Assembly (NCBI GenBank): GCA_963695545.1
Contig: OY968796.1
Coordinates: 768,001 to 832,000, forward strand
DNA: 64,000 nucleotides
Direction: 5' to 3'
DNA from: Terriglobia bacterium
Lineage (GTDB): Bacteria > Acidobacteriota > Terriglobia > Acidiferrales > UBA7541
Both the position numbers and the translations under genes were made by a program. The first letter of the stretch is position 1, and each line of letters begins with the position of its first letter. Shown here piece by piece: positions 41,944 through 52,682 of the stretch. The notes under the pieces are model-generated. The model saw only the letters and a program-made list of their open reading frames with translations, was not told the DNA's origin and searched no databases.

Positions 41944-43302
41944 TTAGAGCCCGGCCAAATCGTCGGGCGCGGCGACTTCAAAACGGGTGTGATTTGCGCG
42001 GAACACGAAATGGATGCGGTCGGTCGGGCCATTGCGTTGTTTGGCGATGATCAGCTCGGTCTTGGCGCGCTCTTCGGGAGCTTCTTCGGATTTGAACGCG
42101 CTGGGGCGGTGGATGAACATCACGACGTCGGCGTCCTGCTCGATGGCGCCGGATTCGCGCAAGTCGGCAAGCTGCGGGCGGCGGTCCTCGCGTTCGGGGG
42201 CCCGCGTCAATTGCGAAAGCACGAGGAAGGGCACTTTGAGTTCCTTCGCCAGCGCCTTCAGGCTGCGCGTGATGCTGGTGACTTCTTCATTGCGATTCGA
42301 GAAGCGGCCGCGCACGGAAATCAATTGCAGGTAATCGACGATCACAAGGTCGAGGCCTTTATCGCGCTTCAATCGCCGCGCCTTCGCGCCGATCTCCATC
42401 ACCGTGGTCCCGCCGGAATCGTCGATCCATAGCGGCGACTGCGAGAGCCGCGCCAGAGCGTCCGTCATCACGCGCCAATCCTCGCGCGAAAGATGCCCGG
42501 TGCGGAATTTGTGCGCGTCCACTCCGCCGAGCGACGAGAGCAAGCGCATCAGCAGCGATTCCTTGGACATTTCCAAGCTGAACACGGCCACGCGCGCCGG
42601 GTCGCTCGAGCGCACCGCGACATTTTCCGCCAGGTTCAACGCCAGCGCGGTTTTCCCCACCGAGGGCCGCGCCGCGAGAATGATCAATTCCGAAGGCTGC
42701 AAACCGGAAGTCAAATTGTCGAGTTCGGGATAGCCCGTCGCAAGGCCGGTGACCTGCCGCCCTTCGGTGATGATCCGCTCCAAGCGGCCCATGTTGCTAT
42801 TGACCACGTCTTTCATGCTGACGAGCCCCTCGCGCACGCGATCTTCAGCGAGTTGGAAAATGGAAGATTCAGCGCGATCGAGAACCGCGTCGGCGTCGTC
42901 TTCGGCTTCAAGCGCCTGCTGCTGGATCGAATGCGTGGTGTGAATCAGGCTGCGCAGGACCGATTTCTCTTTCACGATCCGCACGTAGTGCTCGATGTTG
43001 CTCACCTGCGGTACGCCGTCGATCAGCTGCGCGATGTAGGCGGCGCCGCCAGCGGCTTCGAGTTCGCCCGAGCGATGCAAGCGATCGGTGAGCGTGACAA
43101 GGTCGATCGCGTGCTGCGCCTCGCCCAGCACGATCATTTCCTGAAAGATGCGCCGGTGATTGTCGAGGAAAAAGTCTTCGGGGCGCAGGCGTTCAATCGC
43201 CGCGTCAAGCGCGTGGTTATCAAGCAGGATCGCGCCAAGCACGCTGCGCTCGGCTTCAAGACTCTGCGGCAGTGGTCGTTCGAGAACGGGTCCGGCAGCC
43301 AT
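41944..43302 (-). CDS. dnaB: Replicative DNA helicase
   Basis: EAE.SVLGA, AARPSVGKT, FSLEM, DYLQL, DLRESGAIEQDAD, KQRNGP. Confidence 0.97.
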   Translation of the reverse strand: MAAGPVLERPLPQSLEAERSVLGAILLDNHALDAAIERLRPEDFFLDNHRRIFQEMIVLGEAQHAIDLVTLTDRLHRSGELEAAGGAAYIAQLIDGVPQVSNIEHYVRIVKEKSVLRSLIHTTHSIQQQALEAEDDADAVLDRAESSIFQLAEDRVREGLVSMKDVVNSNMGRLERIITEGRQVTGLATGYPELDNLTSGLQPSELIILAARPSVGKTALALNLAENVAVRSSDPARVAVFSLEMSKESLLMRLLSSLGGVDAHKFRTGHLSREDWRVMTDALARLSQSPLWIDDSGGTTVMEIGAKARRLKRDKGLDLVIVDYLQLISVRGRFSNRNEEVTSITRSLKALAKELKVPFLVLSQLTRAPEREDRRPQLADLRESGAIEQDADVVMFIHRPSAFKSEEAPEERAKTELIIAKQRNGPTDRIHFVFRANHTRFEVAAPDDLAGL

Positions 43303-43496
43303 AAGTTTCGCCCTATCTTCGCCTATGTTGCCCGAGGAAGGCCACGCTGGCAAGGCCCCGGCGCGAGTGTCCGCATATCGAGACTACCTGATCGCTAAAA
43401 TCAGCGTCTGTGGAATTTATTTCGAACTGTGGAAGACTCGGGACGTATGAGCGACGCATCGCGGCCCTCTTCGGTTGAGCCGCGGCGATAAACGGT

Positions 43497-43943
43497 TTAG
43501 GCTTCCTTCTGAACGACGACCTTGAACTCAGCCATAACGCCGTGAACCAGCTTGACCGGCACCTGAGATTCGCCGATCACTTTGATCGGCTCGGCGAGTT
43601 GGATCTGGCGCTTATCGATTTCAAACCCCTGCGCCGCAAGCGCCGCCGAAAGATCGGCCGCGGTAACCGAACCAAATAGTTGATCCGTTTCGCCGGCCTT
43701 GCGCGTGAGCGTGACCGTGACGCCGCGCAGCAGCTCGGCTTGTTTTTCGGCGGCGTCCTTTTCCGTCGCCGTGCGCTTCGAGAGCGTGGCGCGAATTTTT
43801 TCCAGGCGCTTCAGGTTCGCGGGCGATGCCTCGAGGCCCAGCTTTTGCGGCAAAAGAAAATTGCGCGCGTAGCCCACAGCGACTTCGACAACTTCCCCGC
43901 GCGTGCCCAGCTTTTCGACATCTTCTTGCAAGATGATCTGCAT
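43497..43943 (-). CDS. rplI: 50S ribosomal protein L9
   Basis: MQIILQEDVEKLG..G.VV.VA.GYARNFL, LFGSVT. Confidence 0.96.
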   Translation of the reverse strand: MQIILQEDVEKLGTRGEVVEVAVGYARNFLLPQKLGLEASPANLKRLEKIRATLSKRTATEKDAAEKQAELLRGVTVTLTRKAGETDQLFGSVTAADLSAALAAQGFEIDKRQIQLAEPIKVIGESQVPVKLVHGVMAEFKVVVQKEA

Positions 43944-43999
43944 CGAAGTTCCACCCCGTAATTTATTCTGCGAATGATTTGCGCGCCGCGCCCCGGCGT

Positions 44000-44539
44000 C
44001 TACAGCTCCGTGGCAAACGGCAGCAAAGCGATGTTGCGCGCTCTCTTGATGGCCTCGCCCAGCCAGCGCTGATGGCGCGAGCAAGTCCCAGTGATGCGCC
44101 GCGGCAAAATCTTGCCGCGCTCCTGCACAAACGGCAGAAGCATTTCGGGCTTCTTATAGTCGATGAAGTCGATGCGTTCGACGCAGAAGCGGCACACCTT
44201 TTTCTTGCGAAAATACTGGCGCTTGCCGCGGCGCGGTCCTCCGCCGCCCGGCCCGCCACCACCGGGACCTCCGCCGCCCGGCCCGCCGCCTTCGCGACGC
44301 GGACCGTGCGAACCGCCGCCACCGGGGCGTCCGCCACCGCCGTGCGAGCCGCCGCCGTGTGAGCCGCCGCCATGCGAACCACCGCCCGACCGGCCAGTGC
44401 TCGGCCCCACGGGACGTTCGGCTGGACGTGACGGCGCGGGCGCATCACCGCTTGGCGCCGAACTTGGCGCCGAACTCGGCGCCGGTCCTGGTCCTGCTCC
44501 TGGTCCCGCTCCCTGCCCTGAAGATGGATCGTCCATCAT
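44000..44539 (-). CDS. rpsR: 30S ribosomal protein S18 with long Gly/Pro-rich N-terminal extension
   Basis: [41 protein letters not shown] before ATG 44539. Confidence 0.93.
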   Translation of the reverse strand: MMDDPSSGQGAGPGAGPGPAPSSAPSSAPSGDAPAPSRPAERPVGPSTGRSGGGSHGGGSHGGGSHGGGGRPGGGGSHGPRREGGGPGGGGPGGGGPGGGGPRRGKRQYFRKKKVCRFCVERIDFIDYKKPEMLLPFVQERGKILPRRITGTCSRHQRWLGEAIKRARNIALLPFATEL

Positions 44540-44568
44540 TTATATTTCTCCCTTTAGTGAAATCCGAT

Positions 44569-45003
44569 TTAGCTGGCCGCAGCGGCCGGTTGTTCGGCAG
44601 GCGGCGCAGGCGGCGCGGGTGGCGCAGAGGGCGCCGCAGCGGGCTTGCGCGGCCGGCGACTGGCGCGACGTTCGCGGCGCTGCACGAGTTTCTTCTGGCG
44701 CTTCAACTCTTCGTCCAGGCGAATCGTCTGGTATTTGATCACGGCGTCAACAACCTTCAAGCGCCGTTCGAGCTCCTTGACCATCTCGCTGTTGGTCGAG
44801 CGCAGCACCAGATAGACGTAGTAACCTTCGCGGTTCTTCGCGACGCGATAGGCCAGGCGGCGAATGCCCCACTTCTCGACTTTATCGACCGTGCCGCCGC
44901 GCTCGGTCGCGGCATGCTGCAACGTAGCCACGAGCTTGTCGGTTTCCTCTTCCGGCGTCGCTGGTTGCAAGATGAAGATCAAATCATAAAGGCGTTCGTC
45001 CAT
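44569..45003 (-). CDS. rpsF: 30S ribosomal protein S6
   Basis: Y.LIFIL.P, WG.RRLAY..K..EGYY. Confidence 0.94.
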   Translation of the reverse strand: MDERLYDLIFILQPATPEEETDKLVATLQHAATERGGTVDKVEKWGIRRLAYRVAKNREGYYVYLVLRSTNSEMVKELERRLKVVDAVIKYQTIRLDEELKRQKKLVQRRERRASRRPRKPAAAPSAPPAPPAPPAEQPAAAAS

Positions 45004-45169
45004 GGTTCCTCGTTTCGGTGTGTAGCTTCGATCTTTGTTGCTTCGCGTTACTCTGCGCGCTTCCCTTGTGTGTCGTTCTTGCGCCGATCCTGTGTCCCCG
45101 CATAGCCGGCCAGTGTCTACTTCCCGCTACGCGTGCCTTCCACTATCGCCTCTGGTTCCCGCTCGCGCC

Positions 45170-45838
45170 CTAGCCCTCGCCCCCGACCTCGCCGCTGTCC
45201 TCGCCCTCGTGATCCTCTTCAGGATCGTGTTCGACGACGTTTTCACCGTCTTCCGTTGGCGAAGCGCGCCGATTGAAACGATTCATGGCCGCCGATACGC
45301 CTTCCGCCAATATCACCTCGACGGCTTCGGCGGCCTGATCGATCATGTCCGCCGCGGATTCCAGAACCGCCTTGCGCATGGGCCGCAGTACGTAGTCCGC
45401 CAAATCCTCGATCGGATGCTCGGGCTGAACCCCGAGCCGCACGCGCGGAAAATCCATGGTGCCCGCCGCGCCGATCACCGACTTCAATCCGTTGTGTCCG
45501 CCGGCCGAGCCCGCTTCCCGAACGCGAATCATTCCCCAGGGCAGCGCCACATCGTCGTACACGATGACGAGCTGGTGCGGATGGCACCCGAATCGCCGCA
45601 GCATCTCGCGCACCGCGAGGCCGCTTTGATTCATCATGGTCTGCGGCTTCGCCAGAACCACTTCGTGTCCCGCGAGCGTGCCGCGTCCCAGGTACGATTT
45701 CGCTTCAGGGCGCTCCACGCGAATGCCTGAAGTTTCCGCCAGGCGATCCACGACGAAAAATCCCAAATTGTGCGGCGTCCAGGCGAATCCCGGGCCCGCA
45801 TTGCCGAGCCCCACGATCAGCCGCATTTCGTTCGGCAT
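45170..45838 (-). CDS. pth: Peptidyl-tRNA hydrolase
   Basis: LIVGLGN, HNLGF, KPQT.MN.SG, GSAGGHNGLKS, AMNRFN. Confidence 0.95.
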   Translation of the reverse strand: MPNEMRLIVGLGNAGPGFAWTPHNLGFFVVDRLAETSGIRVERPEAKSYLGRGTLAGHEVVLAKPQTMMNQSGLAVREMLRRFGCHPHQLVIVYDDVALPWGMIRVREAGSAGGHNGLKSVIGAAGTMDFPRVRLGVQPEHPIEDLADYVLRPMRKAVLESAADMIDQAAEAVEVILAEGVSAAMNRFNRRASPTEDGENVVEHDPEEDHEGEDSGEVGGEG

Positions 45839-45916
45839 TTTTTCGCCGCCCTGCCCCGCGACGCAATGTTGCCGCGACGGCTCGGGGCCCGGCCGCGCGC
45901 GGCGCGTGCAACCGCG

Positions 45917-46618
45917 TTACTTCTTTTTCTCCGGCGGGGCAGCTTCGCCTTCGCCCTCTTCGCCTTCTTCGGCTTCCTTCTTGCCCTTCTTGATCACTTC
46001 GGGCTCGGCCGGAGCAGCGGCGACTTCGGCGACGGCGTCTGCCGGCTTTTCTTCTTCGACGCGCAGCGCGACGACGTGCGCGATCACGCGCTCCGGATCG
46101 CTTACGAGTTTCATCTTCGCCGGATCAAGCGGCAAATCCCTCGCGCGCAGATGCTTGCCGATCATCAGCTCGGTGACGTCCACGCGAAATTCGGCGGGGA
46201 TTTCGCCCGGCAAACATTCCACTTCCACTTCGCGCGTGACCATCTCGAAAATTCCGCCCTGCAACTTCACGCCCTGCGGCTCGCCGAACGTGTGCACCGG
46301 CACCTTGACCCTCATGCGCACGTCCATCGCGACGCGCATCAGATCCACATGCAGCAAATGGCCCTTCACCGGATCCACCTGCCAATCGCGGACCATGGCG
46401 GGCTCTTCACCGGAGGCGAGCTTCACTTTAAAAATCGTGTTATGCCCCGAGGCCGAGCGCAAAATCGCCGTCACCTGCTTGGTGTTGAGCGCGAGCGCCT
46501 TTGCTTCGCCTTTGCCGCCATACAGCACGGCGGGAGTTTGTCCGGAGACGCGCGTGCGCCGCGCGGCGTTTTTGCCGCGATCGCTCCGTGAAACCGCTTC
46601 CACAACGATCATTTCCAT
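45917..46618 (-). CDS. rplY: 50S ribosomal protein L25 / Ctc
   Basis: GKNAARR.R..G..PAVLYG, Q.DPV...LHVD, acidic tail. Confidence 0.94.
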   Translation of the reverse strand: MEMIVVEAVSRSDRGKNAARRTRVSGQTPAVLYGGKGEAKALALNTKQVTAILRSASGHNTIFKVKLASGEEPAMVRDWQVDPVKGHLLHVDLMRVAMDVRMRVKVPVHTFGEPQGVKLQGGIFEMVTREVEVECLPGEIPAEFRVDVTELMIGKHLRARDLPLDPAKMKLVSDPERVIAHVVALRVEEEKPADAVAEVAAAPAEPEVIKKGKKEAEEGEEGEGEAAPPEKKK

Positions 46619-46656
46619 AATTGCCTTCCCCCAAATGTCCCGAGGCGCGCTTCGAC

Positions 46657-47601
46657 CTAGATAAAGAGCGCGCTGATCGAACTTTCTTCGTGAATCGAAA
46701 GAATGCCGCGCGCCAGCAATTCAGCCACGCTGAGCACCTTAATTTTGTCGAGCTTCTTCGCTTCTTCGCTGAGCGGCACAGAATCCGTCACCACAACTTC
46801 TTCGATGGCCGAATCGCGAATCCGCTTGACCGCGGGTCCTGAAAGCACCGCGTGCGTGCTCGCCGCGAAAACGCGCGTCGCGCCTTCGGCCAGCAGCGCT
46901 TCGGCGGTTTTCACGAGAGTGCCGGCCGTGTCGATGATGTCGTCCACCACCAGCGTGGTCGTTCCGCGAACGTCGCCGATCAAGTGCATCACTTCGCTTA
47001 CGTCGATATCCACGCGCCGTTTATCCACGATCGCCAGAGGCGCATCGAGACGCTTGGCGAATGCGCGCGCGCGCTCCACGCCGCCGGCGTCCGGCGAAAC
47101 CACGGTGAGCGGCCCGAGTTTCTTCTGCCGGAAATATTCGACCATCACCGGCGCGGCGTACAAATGGTCCACCGGCACATTGAAGTAGCCTTGAATCTGC
47201 GGCGCATGCAGATCGAGTGTCAGCGCGCGATTAGCTCCGGCCGTCTCCAGCAAATCCGCCACAAGCTTCGCGGAGATCGGCACGCGCGGCTTGTCCTTGC
47301 GGTCCTGGCGCGCGTAGCAGTAATACGGTATCACGGCAGTAATGCGCCAGGCCGAGGCGCGCTTGAATGCGTCGATCATCATCAGCAACTGCATCAAGTG
47401 AAAATCGCCGGGATTCGAGCACGGTTGCACCACGAATACATCCGCGCCGCGCACATTCTCGAGAACCTGAAAATAAGTTTCGCCATCGCTGAACTTGCCG
47501 AGCTTAGCCTCGCCCAATTCGACGCCCGCATGCTTGCAGATGTCCTGAGCCAAACGCACGTTGGCGCTGCCGGCGAAAATCTTGAATTTATCGTCGATCA
47601 C
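46657..47601 (-). CDS. prs: Ribose-phosphate pyrophosphokinase
   Basis: FSDGE, YARQDRK, DLHA.QIQG, SPDAGG, DDIIDTAGT. Confidence 0.97.
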   Translation of the reverse strand: MIDDKFKIFAGSANVRLAQDICKHAGVELGEAKLGKFSDGETYFQVLENVRGADVFVVQPCSNPGDFHLMQLLMMIDAFKRASAWRITAVIPYYCYARQDRKDKPRVPISAKLVADLLETAGANRALTLDLHAPQIQGYFNVPVDHLYAAPVMVEYFRQKKLGPLTVVSPDAGGVERARAFAKRLDAPLAIVDKRRVDIDVSEVMHLIGDVRGTTTLVVDDIIDTAGTLVKTAEALLAEGATRVFAASTHAVLSGPAVKRIRDSAIEEVVVTDSVPLSEEAKKLDKIKVLSVAELLARGILSIHEESSISALFI

Positions 47602-47638
47602 AGTTTTGACTTCGGACCTGCTCCACCACACTTGCCAA

Positions 47639-48559
47639 TCACACGATCACAAGTTCGCCCAAAATTCGGCGAACCTGTTTCCGCGAGACTGTGGAACAGA
47701 CGAAAACCTCTTCGTTCGGAAACCAATGGGCGGTTCGACGCGCCTGCGCTGGGTTTCGGAACAGTCCAAACACCGCCGAACCGCTACCCGCCAGCGCAGC
47801 ATCTTCCGCTCCACGCTGAAGCAATTCCCGCTTGATACGGCCGAGCAGGGGGTGCCGCTTGAACACCGCCCGCTCGAAATCGTTCGAGAGAGCAGCTTCG
47901 CGCGGGCTCCAGCAGAGAGCGCAGAACTTGATAAGTCTAGAGGCCGCGCGAGGGTTTGTCAATCGAACGCGGCCGCGCGCGCCACGCAGCGCCAGCCAGG
48001 AATAGGCATCGCGCGTCGCGACCGCAACCGCGCGCGGAGAAACCACCAGCACTCCGCGCGCCGGCGCATCCGGCAACGGCAGAATCTGTTCGCCGCGGCC
48101 TAAACCCGCCGCGCGCCCACCAAACAAAAAAAACGGCACATCGGAGCCAAGGCGCGACGCGATTTCCATCAGGCGCTCGAGCGGAATCCGGCGTCGCGCG
48201 AGGCGCAGCAGACCGACGAGCCCCGCGGCCGCGTCGCTCGATCCACCGCCGAGGCCTCGCCCCGCTGGGATGCGTTTCTCGAGACGCGCGCGCACGCCGC
48301 GCTTGATCCCCAGTTCGGCACGCATCGCGGCGAGCGCGCGATAAACCAGATTCGAGCGCGGCGATTCCGAAGCCAGCGCTGCATTTCCCGTGATTTCGAG
48401 TTCGATCGCGCTGCCGCGATTCCACTCGAGACGCAGCGTGTCGTGCAGCGAAATTGTTTGGAAAATCGTGCGCAGCTCGTGATAGCCGTCCGCGCGGCGC
48501 CCGACAATATCGAGGCGCAGATTGACCTTGGCAAACGCCGGCAGGGCGACTTCGCGCAT
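47639..48559 (-). CDS. ispE: 4-diphosphocytidyl-2-C-methyl-D-erythritol kinase
   Basis: AKVNL.L, DGYHEL, IP.G.GLGGGSSDAA, GSDVPFF. Confidence 0.95.
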   Translation of the reverse strand: MREVALPAFAKVNLRLDIVGRRADGYHELRTIFQTISLHDTLRLEWNRGSAIELEITGNAALASESPRSNLVYRALAAMRAELGIKRGVRARLEKRIPAGRGLGGGSSDAAAGLVGLLRLARRRIPLERLMEIASRLGSDVPFFLFGGRAAGLGRGEQILPLPDAPARGVLVVSPRAVAVATRDAYSWLALRGARGRVRLTNPRAASRLIKFCALCWSPREAALSNDFERAVFKRHPLLGRIKRELLQRGAEDAALAGSGSAVFGLFRNPAQARRTAHWFPNEEVFVCSTVSRKQVRRILGELVIV

Positions 48560-48570
48560 GGAGGCTTATT

Positions 48571-50757
48571 CTACTGCGGCTTCGCGGTTTCGCCCGGGGC
48601 CTTTTGCTCGGCCACGCGGCGCTTGAGGTTCGAGAGCTTCTGCTCGACCTCGGCGACGCGGTCGGGCTCGACGTCGGCTGGCGGCACGTGGTGCCACTCG
48701 TCGAGCGATTTCTGGTACTCGGCCACCGCCAGATCGGTTTGGCCGCTCTTCGCGTAAACGTCGCCCATGTGCAACAGGATCGTCGGATCGTTGCCATCGA
48801 AGCTCAGCGCTTTGCGCAGCCACTGTTCAGCGTCGGGCAATTTGTTCTGCTTGTAGTACGCCCAGCCCAGGCTGTCGAGATACGCGGGGTTGTTCGGATC
48901 CTCGGCCAGCGCGCGCTGGATCAGCGATGTAGCCTCGTCCAATCGCAAGCCGCGGTCCGCCAGCATGTAGCCGTAATAGTTCAGCACCGAAGCGTCGTGC
49001 GGATCGAGCACGAGCACGGCTTTAAATTGCTCCTCGGCCTGATCGTATTTTTTCTCGCGTTCGAAAATGCCGCCGAGCACAAGCCCGGCCATTTCCTGTT
49101 CGGGCGGTTTGGTTGCCGCGGCGGCAGCGGCGCGCGCGGCCTGTTCGGCTTCCGGATAGCGCTGGCCTTCCTGATAAACTTGCGCGAGGTCGAATTGAAT
49201 TTCCAGATCGTCCTCCGGCTTGCCGTCCAGCAGTTTGCGCAAGGCGCCGGCGGAATCATCGGTCTGGCCGTTTTCGCCCCACAGCATGGCCTGCTCGGTC
49301 AAAACTTCGCGATCGCCGGGATAATGTTCCAGAGCCTTCTTGGCCGTGTCGAGCGCATGGGGCATGTCGTGTTCGGATCGATAGGTGTCGATCAGCAGCA
49401 GTTCAGCGCGATGATCCTCTTCCGGCCCCAATTGCGCCAATTCCTGATAGGTGTTGACGGCCGCGGCATAGTTCTGGTTTTCCCGGTAGAGAGTGCCGAG
49501 CTGTTCGTAAAGTACCGCCAACGTGCGGCGCCGCGACGGCGTGACCTCGGTTTCGGAATCCACGCCGGCGACCGCGTCGGAGAGCGTGCGAATGGCATCG
49601 TCAAATCGAGCTTCGGCCTCATAAATCGCGGACTTCACGTACACGACTTCCAGATTTCCCGGCGCGCGCTTCTCGGCTTCCAGAATGTTCTGCTCGGCTT
49701 TATCCAGTTGATGGAGTTCTTTGTAAATTTCGGCCATGCGCAGGTAATTGTCAGGATCGGAGGAATCCATTTCGGCCAGATGCTGATACTGCTCGAGCGC
49801 CTCCGGATATTTGTTTTCGGAAAGCAGCGCCTGAGCCAATCCGCTTCTGTGGCTCGCGTCGTCGGGATCAATCTCAACCGCGCTGCGATACGCCTGCTCG
49901 GCCTTGGCGGCGTCGCCCTGCTGCGTTTCCGCGTCGCCCAGCAAATCGTAAAGCTGCGGAGAAGGCCCGCGCGCGAGAATGCCTTCGAGCATGGCGACCG
50001 CTTCGGCCCCGCGCTGCTGATCGAGCAGGAGCTGCGTCAACTGCTCGATGGCGCCTTCGTTTTCCGGATCGCGCGCGAGAATGCCGCGCAGCGTGGTTTC
50101 GGCGTCGGCTGGCTTGTCCTCCAGCCGATCAAGGCGCGCGAGCCACAGCGCCGAATCCGTATCCGTGGGATCGAGACGCAGAATCTCCTTGTATTGCTCG
50201 GCGGCGAGTTGCACCGTGTCCTTCTGCCCCGCAGAATCGCTCAGGTCTCCGAGCGTGCGCACATAGATTCGCGCCAGCAGACGCCGCGCGCCCAGATTGT
50301 TGGGGTCGCGTTGGATGATGCTCTGCGCTTCGAGCACCGCGTCGCGAATGCGCTGCGACTGAAAATACATCTCCGCGAGTTGCTCGCCGATCACATCGCT
50401 TGCAGGATCGATCTCGAAGGCCTTTTTGAAGAAATCGATGGCCTGGTCGGCGTCGTCGCTGCTGCTGGTTACTTCATATTCGAGTTGATAGTAATGCCCG
50501 ATCGTAAAGTCGAAATAGGCCGTCGCGCGCGACTCGGCGGTCATCGCATTCGCACTCGACGAAGTTGCCGCACTCGTAGTGCTCGGCGAGCCGGGCGAAG
50601 TCGGAGAGCCCGAAGTCGCCGGCGCGCTTGCCGGAGGAGCCGCCTGAGGCGCCTGCATGGGCACGGGCGCTATCGGCGCTCGTGGCATGTCCTGCGCCGC
50701 CAGCAAAGCCGCCGGAGCGAACAGCAAGATACCGATGATCGATACGCGAATTCTCAT
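48571..50757 (-). CDS. Exported tetratricopeptide-repeat protein
   Basis: Signal peptide; many TPRs; LNY.GYMLAD and YLDSLGW motifs typical of TPR proteins next to ispE. Confidence 0.88.
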   Translation of the reverse strand: MRIRVSIIGILLFAPAALLAAQDMPRAPIAPVPMQAPQAAPPASAPATSGSPTSPGSPSTTSAATSSSANAMTAESRATAYFDFTIGHYYQLEYEVTSSSDDADQAIDFFKKAFEIDPASDVIGEQLAEMYFQSQRIRDAVLEAQSIIQRDPNNLGARRLLARIYVRTLGDLSDSAGQKDTVQLAAEQYKEILRLDPTDTDSALWLARLDRLEDKPADAETTLRGILARDPENEGAIEQLTQLLLDQQRGAEAVAMLEGILARGPSPQLYDLLGDAETQQGDAAKAEQAYRSAVEIDPDDASHRSGLAQALLSENKYPEALEQYQHLAEMDSSDPDNYLRMAEIYKELHQLDKAEQNILEAEKRAPGNLEVVYVKSAIYEAEARFDDAIRTLSDAVAGVDSETEVTPSRRRTLAVLYEQLGTLYRENQNYAAAVNTYQELAQLGPEEDHRAELLLIDTYRSEHDMPHALDTAKKALEHYPGDREVLTEQAMLWGENGQTDDSAGALRKLLDGKPEDDLEIQFDLAQVYQEGQRYPEAEQAARAAAAAATKPPEQEMAGLVLGGIFEREKKYDQAEEQFKAVLVLDPHDASVLNYYGYMLADRGLRLDEATSLIQRALAEDPNNPAYLDSLGWAYYKQNKLPDAEQWLRKALSFDGNDPTILLHMGDVYAKSGQTDLAVAEYQKSLDEWHHVPPADVEPDRVAEVEQKLSNLKRRVAEQKAPGETAKPQ

Positions 50758-50941
50758 GAGGTCACGGGATCGGAGATTATCCTTTATGTAGCGGATGAGC
50801 GTCAAACCTTCCCGTCGCGATTTCCACGCCGCCATCAGCCGGGGCCGGAACGACCGACCGCGGTCCACTCAATTATGATGCCCGCCACCATAAACTGGTT
50901 CCCCGCAACCGTCCGACCGCGTGCCTGCGGCGCATATCGCG

Positions 50942-52522
50942 CTAATGTCGAAAGTGCCGCATCCCGGTGAACACCATCGCCAAATCGAGCCGGTCGGCTG
51001 CGGCGATCACGTCCGCATCGCGCACCGACCCGCCCGGCTGAATCACGGCCGTGGCTCCGGCGCGCGCGGCCTCTTCGACGCCGTCGGGAAACGGAAAGAA
51101 AGCGTCGGATGCGACCACGCTGCCCGCCAGCGATGATTGCGCCTTCATGATCGCGAGCTTCACCGAATCCACGCGGCTCATTTGCCCGGCGCCGATGCCG
51201 ATGGTTTGCGTACCGCGCGCGAAAACGATGGCGTTCGATTTCACGTGCTTCGCGATCTTCCATCCGAACTCGAGCGCCGCCAATTCCTCGCGCGTCGGCG
51301 CGCGCTTGGTCACCGTTTTCAATTCGCCCGCGGAGAGCGCTCCGCGATCTGGTTGCTGCGCGAGCACCCCGCCGGAAATCCGCTTCAATTCAAGTTCACC
51401 GGCGTCACCGTCCGCGCGCTGCTCGGCGATTTCGACGAGCCGCAAATTCTTCTTCGCCGCCAAAATTTCGAGCGCTGCGGCGTCGTAGCCCGGAGCGGCC
51501 ACACACTCGACGAATAATTTCGCGACTTCCTCAGCCGTCTCGCGATCGAGAGTCCGATTGAACGCCAGCACGCTGCCGAACGCCGATACCGGATCGCACG
51601 CCAGCGCCATGCGATACGCTTCCGCAAGCGAACCTGCTTGCTCGGCCGCGCCGCAGGGATTGTTGTGCTTCACGATCACGGCCGCCGGTGCGCGAAATTC
51701 CTGCGCCAGCGTCCACGCGGAATCCAGGTCCACCAAATTGTTGTAAGACAATTCCTTTCCCTGAAGTTGCCGCGCCGCCGCAAGCCCGTATGCCGCCTGC
51801 CCCGCCGGAACATAGAGCGCCGCTGCCTGATGAGGATTTTCGCCGTAGCGCATGGCCTGCTTCCGCACGAGCGCCAAATGCAGCCGCTCCGGCAACGCCG
51901 CGACCGCACCAAGCTCGATGCGCCCAGCGGCGGTTGCGGTCAATCGTTCGAGCTCCGTCGCAATTCGCCCGTCGTAGCGCGCCGTTAACGCGAATGCCTT
52001 CCGCGCCAGCTCCAATCGCAACGCGAGGCTCGTCTCGCCGGTCGCCGTGATTTCCGCGGCCACCGCGGCGTAATCGCCCGGATCGGTCACCACCGCGACG
52101 CTTTCAAAATTCTTTGCCGCCGAACGAATCATCGTTGGTCCGCCAATGTCGATGTTCTCGATCAATTCTTCCGGCGCCAGGCCCGCTTTTTTCGCCGTGG
52201 CCTCAAACGGGTAAAGATTCACGACCACCAAATCGATCGCCGCGATCGAGTGCTCGGCCGCTTGCGCCCGATCCGCGGCCTCGCCCCGCCGGAACAATAT
52301 TCCGCCATGCACTTTCGGATGCAGAGTCTTCACGCGTCCGCCAAGCATCTCCGGCCAGCCGGTCAGCTCCGCGACATCGCGCACCGCGACGCCCGCCTCG
52401 CGCAGCGCGCGCGCCGTCCCGCCTGTGGAAACGATCTCGATCCCGCGCGCCGCGATCGCCCGCGCAAATTCCACAAGTCCGGTCTTATCGTAAACGCTGA
52501 CAAGCGCGCGCGAAATCGCCAC
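50942..52522 (-). CDS. purH: Bifunctional AICAR transformylase / IMP cyclohydrolase
   Basis: [47 protein letters not shown]. Confidence 0.97.
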   Translation of the reverse strand: MAISRALVSVYDKTGLVEFARAIAARGIEIVSTGGTARALREAGVAVRDVAELTGWPEMLGGRVKTLHPKVHGGILFRRGEAADRAQAAEHSIAAIDLVVVNLYPFEATAKKAGLAPEELIENIDIGGPTMIRSAAKNFESVAVVTDPGDYAAVAAEITATGETSLALRLELARKAFALTARYDGRIATELERLTATAAGRIELGAVAALPERLHLALVRKQAMRYGENPHQAAALYVPAGQAAYGLAAARQLQGKELSYNNLVDLDSAWTLAQEFRAPAAVIVKHNNPCGAAEQAGSLAEAYRMALACDPVSAFGSVLAFNRTLDRETAEEVAKLFVECVAAPGYDAAALEILAAKKNLRLVEIAEQRADGDAGELELKRISGGVLAQQPDRGALSAGELKTVTKRAPTREELAALEFGWKIAKHVKSNAIVFARGTQTIGIGAGQMSRVDSVKLAIMKAQSSLAGSVVASDAFFPFPDGVEEAARAGATAVIQPGGSVRDADVIAAADRLDLAMVFTGMRHFRH

Positions 52523-52682
52523 CAATTCCTCCCATCAATTAATATTCACGGGCGCCACGGACAAACGACAAGCATTCTTCCCGCGAAATCTCCGCTTGTC
52601 GGAGACTTTCAATCTCTCATTGTATGCGCGGAGCGGGATTCCGAAAAGCGCGAAGGCGCTTCCGTCTCTCGATGGATTTGCT

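Noticed and set aside
43944..44084. N-terminal extension of L9
   Set aside because: Overlaps rpsR; the canonical L9 start is at 43943
45004..45169. S6:S18 ribosomal leader RNA
   Set aside because: No clear CCC-containing hairpin sequestering the SD on the minus strand
47602..47638. tRNA-Gln often found between ispE and prs
   Set aside because: The gap is only ~37 bp and shows no cloverleaf or T-loop motif
48604..50970. 788-aa ORF on the + strand
   Set aside because: Antisense shadow of the TPR gene caused by high-GC codon bias; same for 24377-25744, 56186-57871 and 5528-6664
52526..52682. ZTP (pfl) riboswitch upstream of purH
   Set aside because: The minus-strand leader lacks the GACTGGCG...CGCCTGGG consensus
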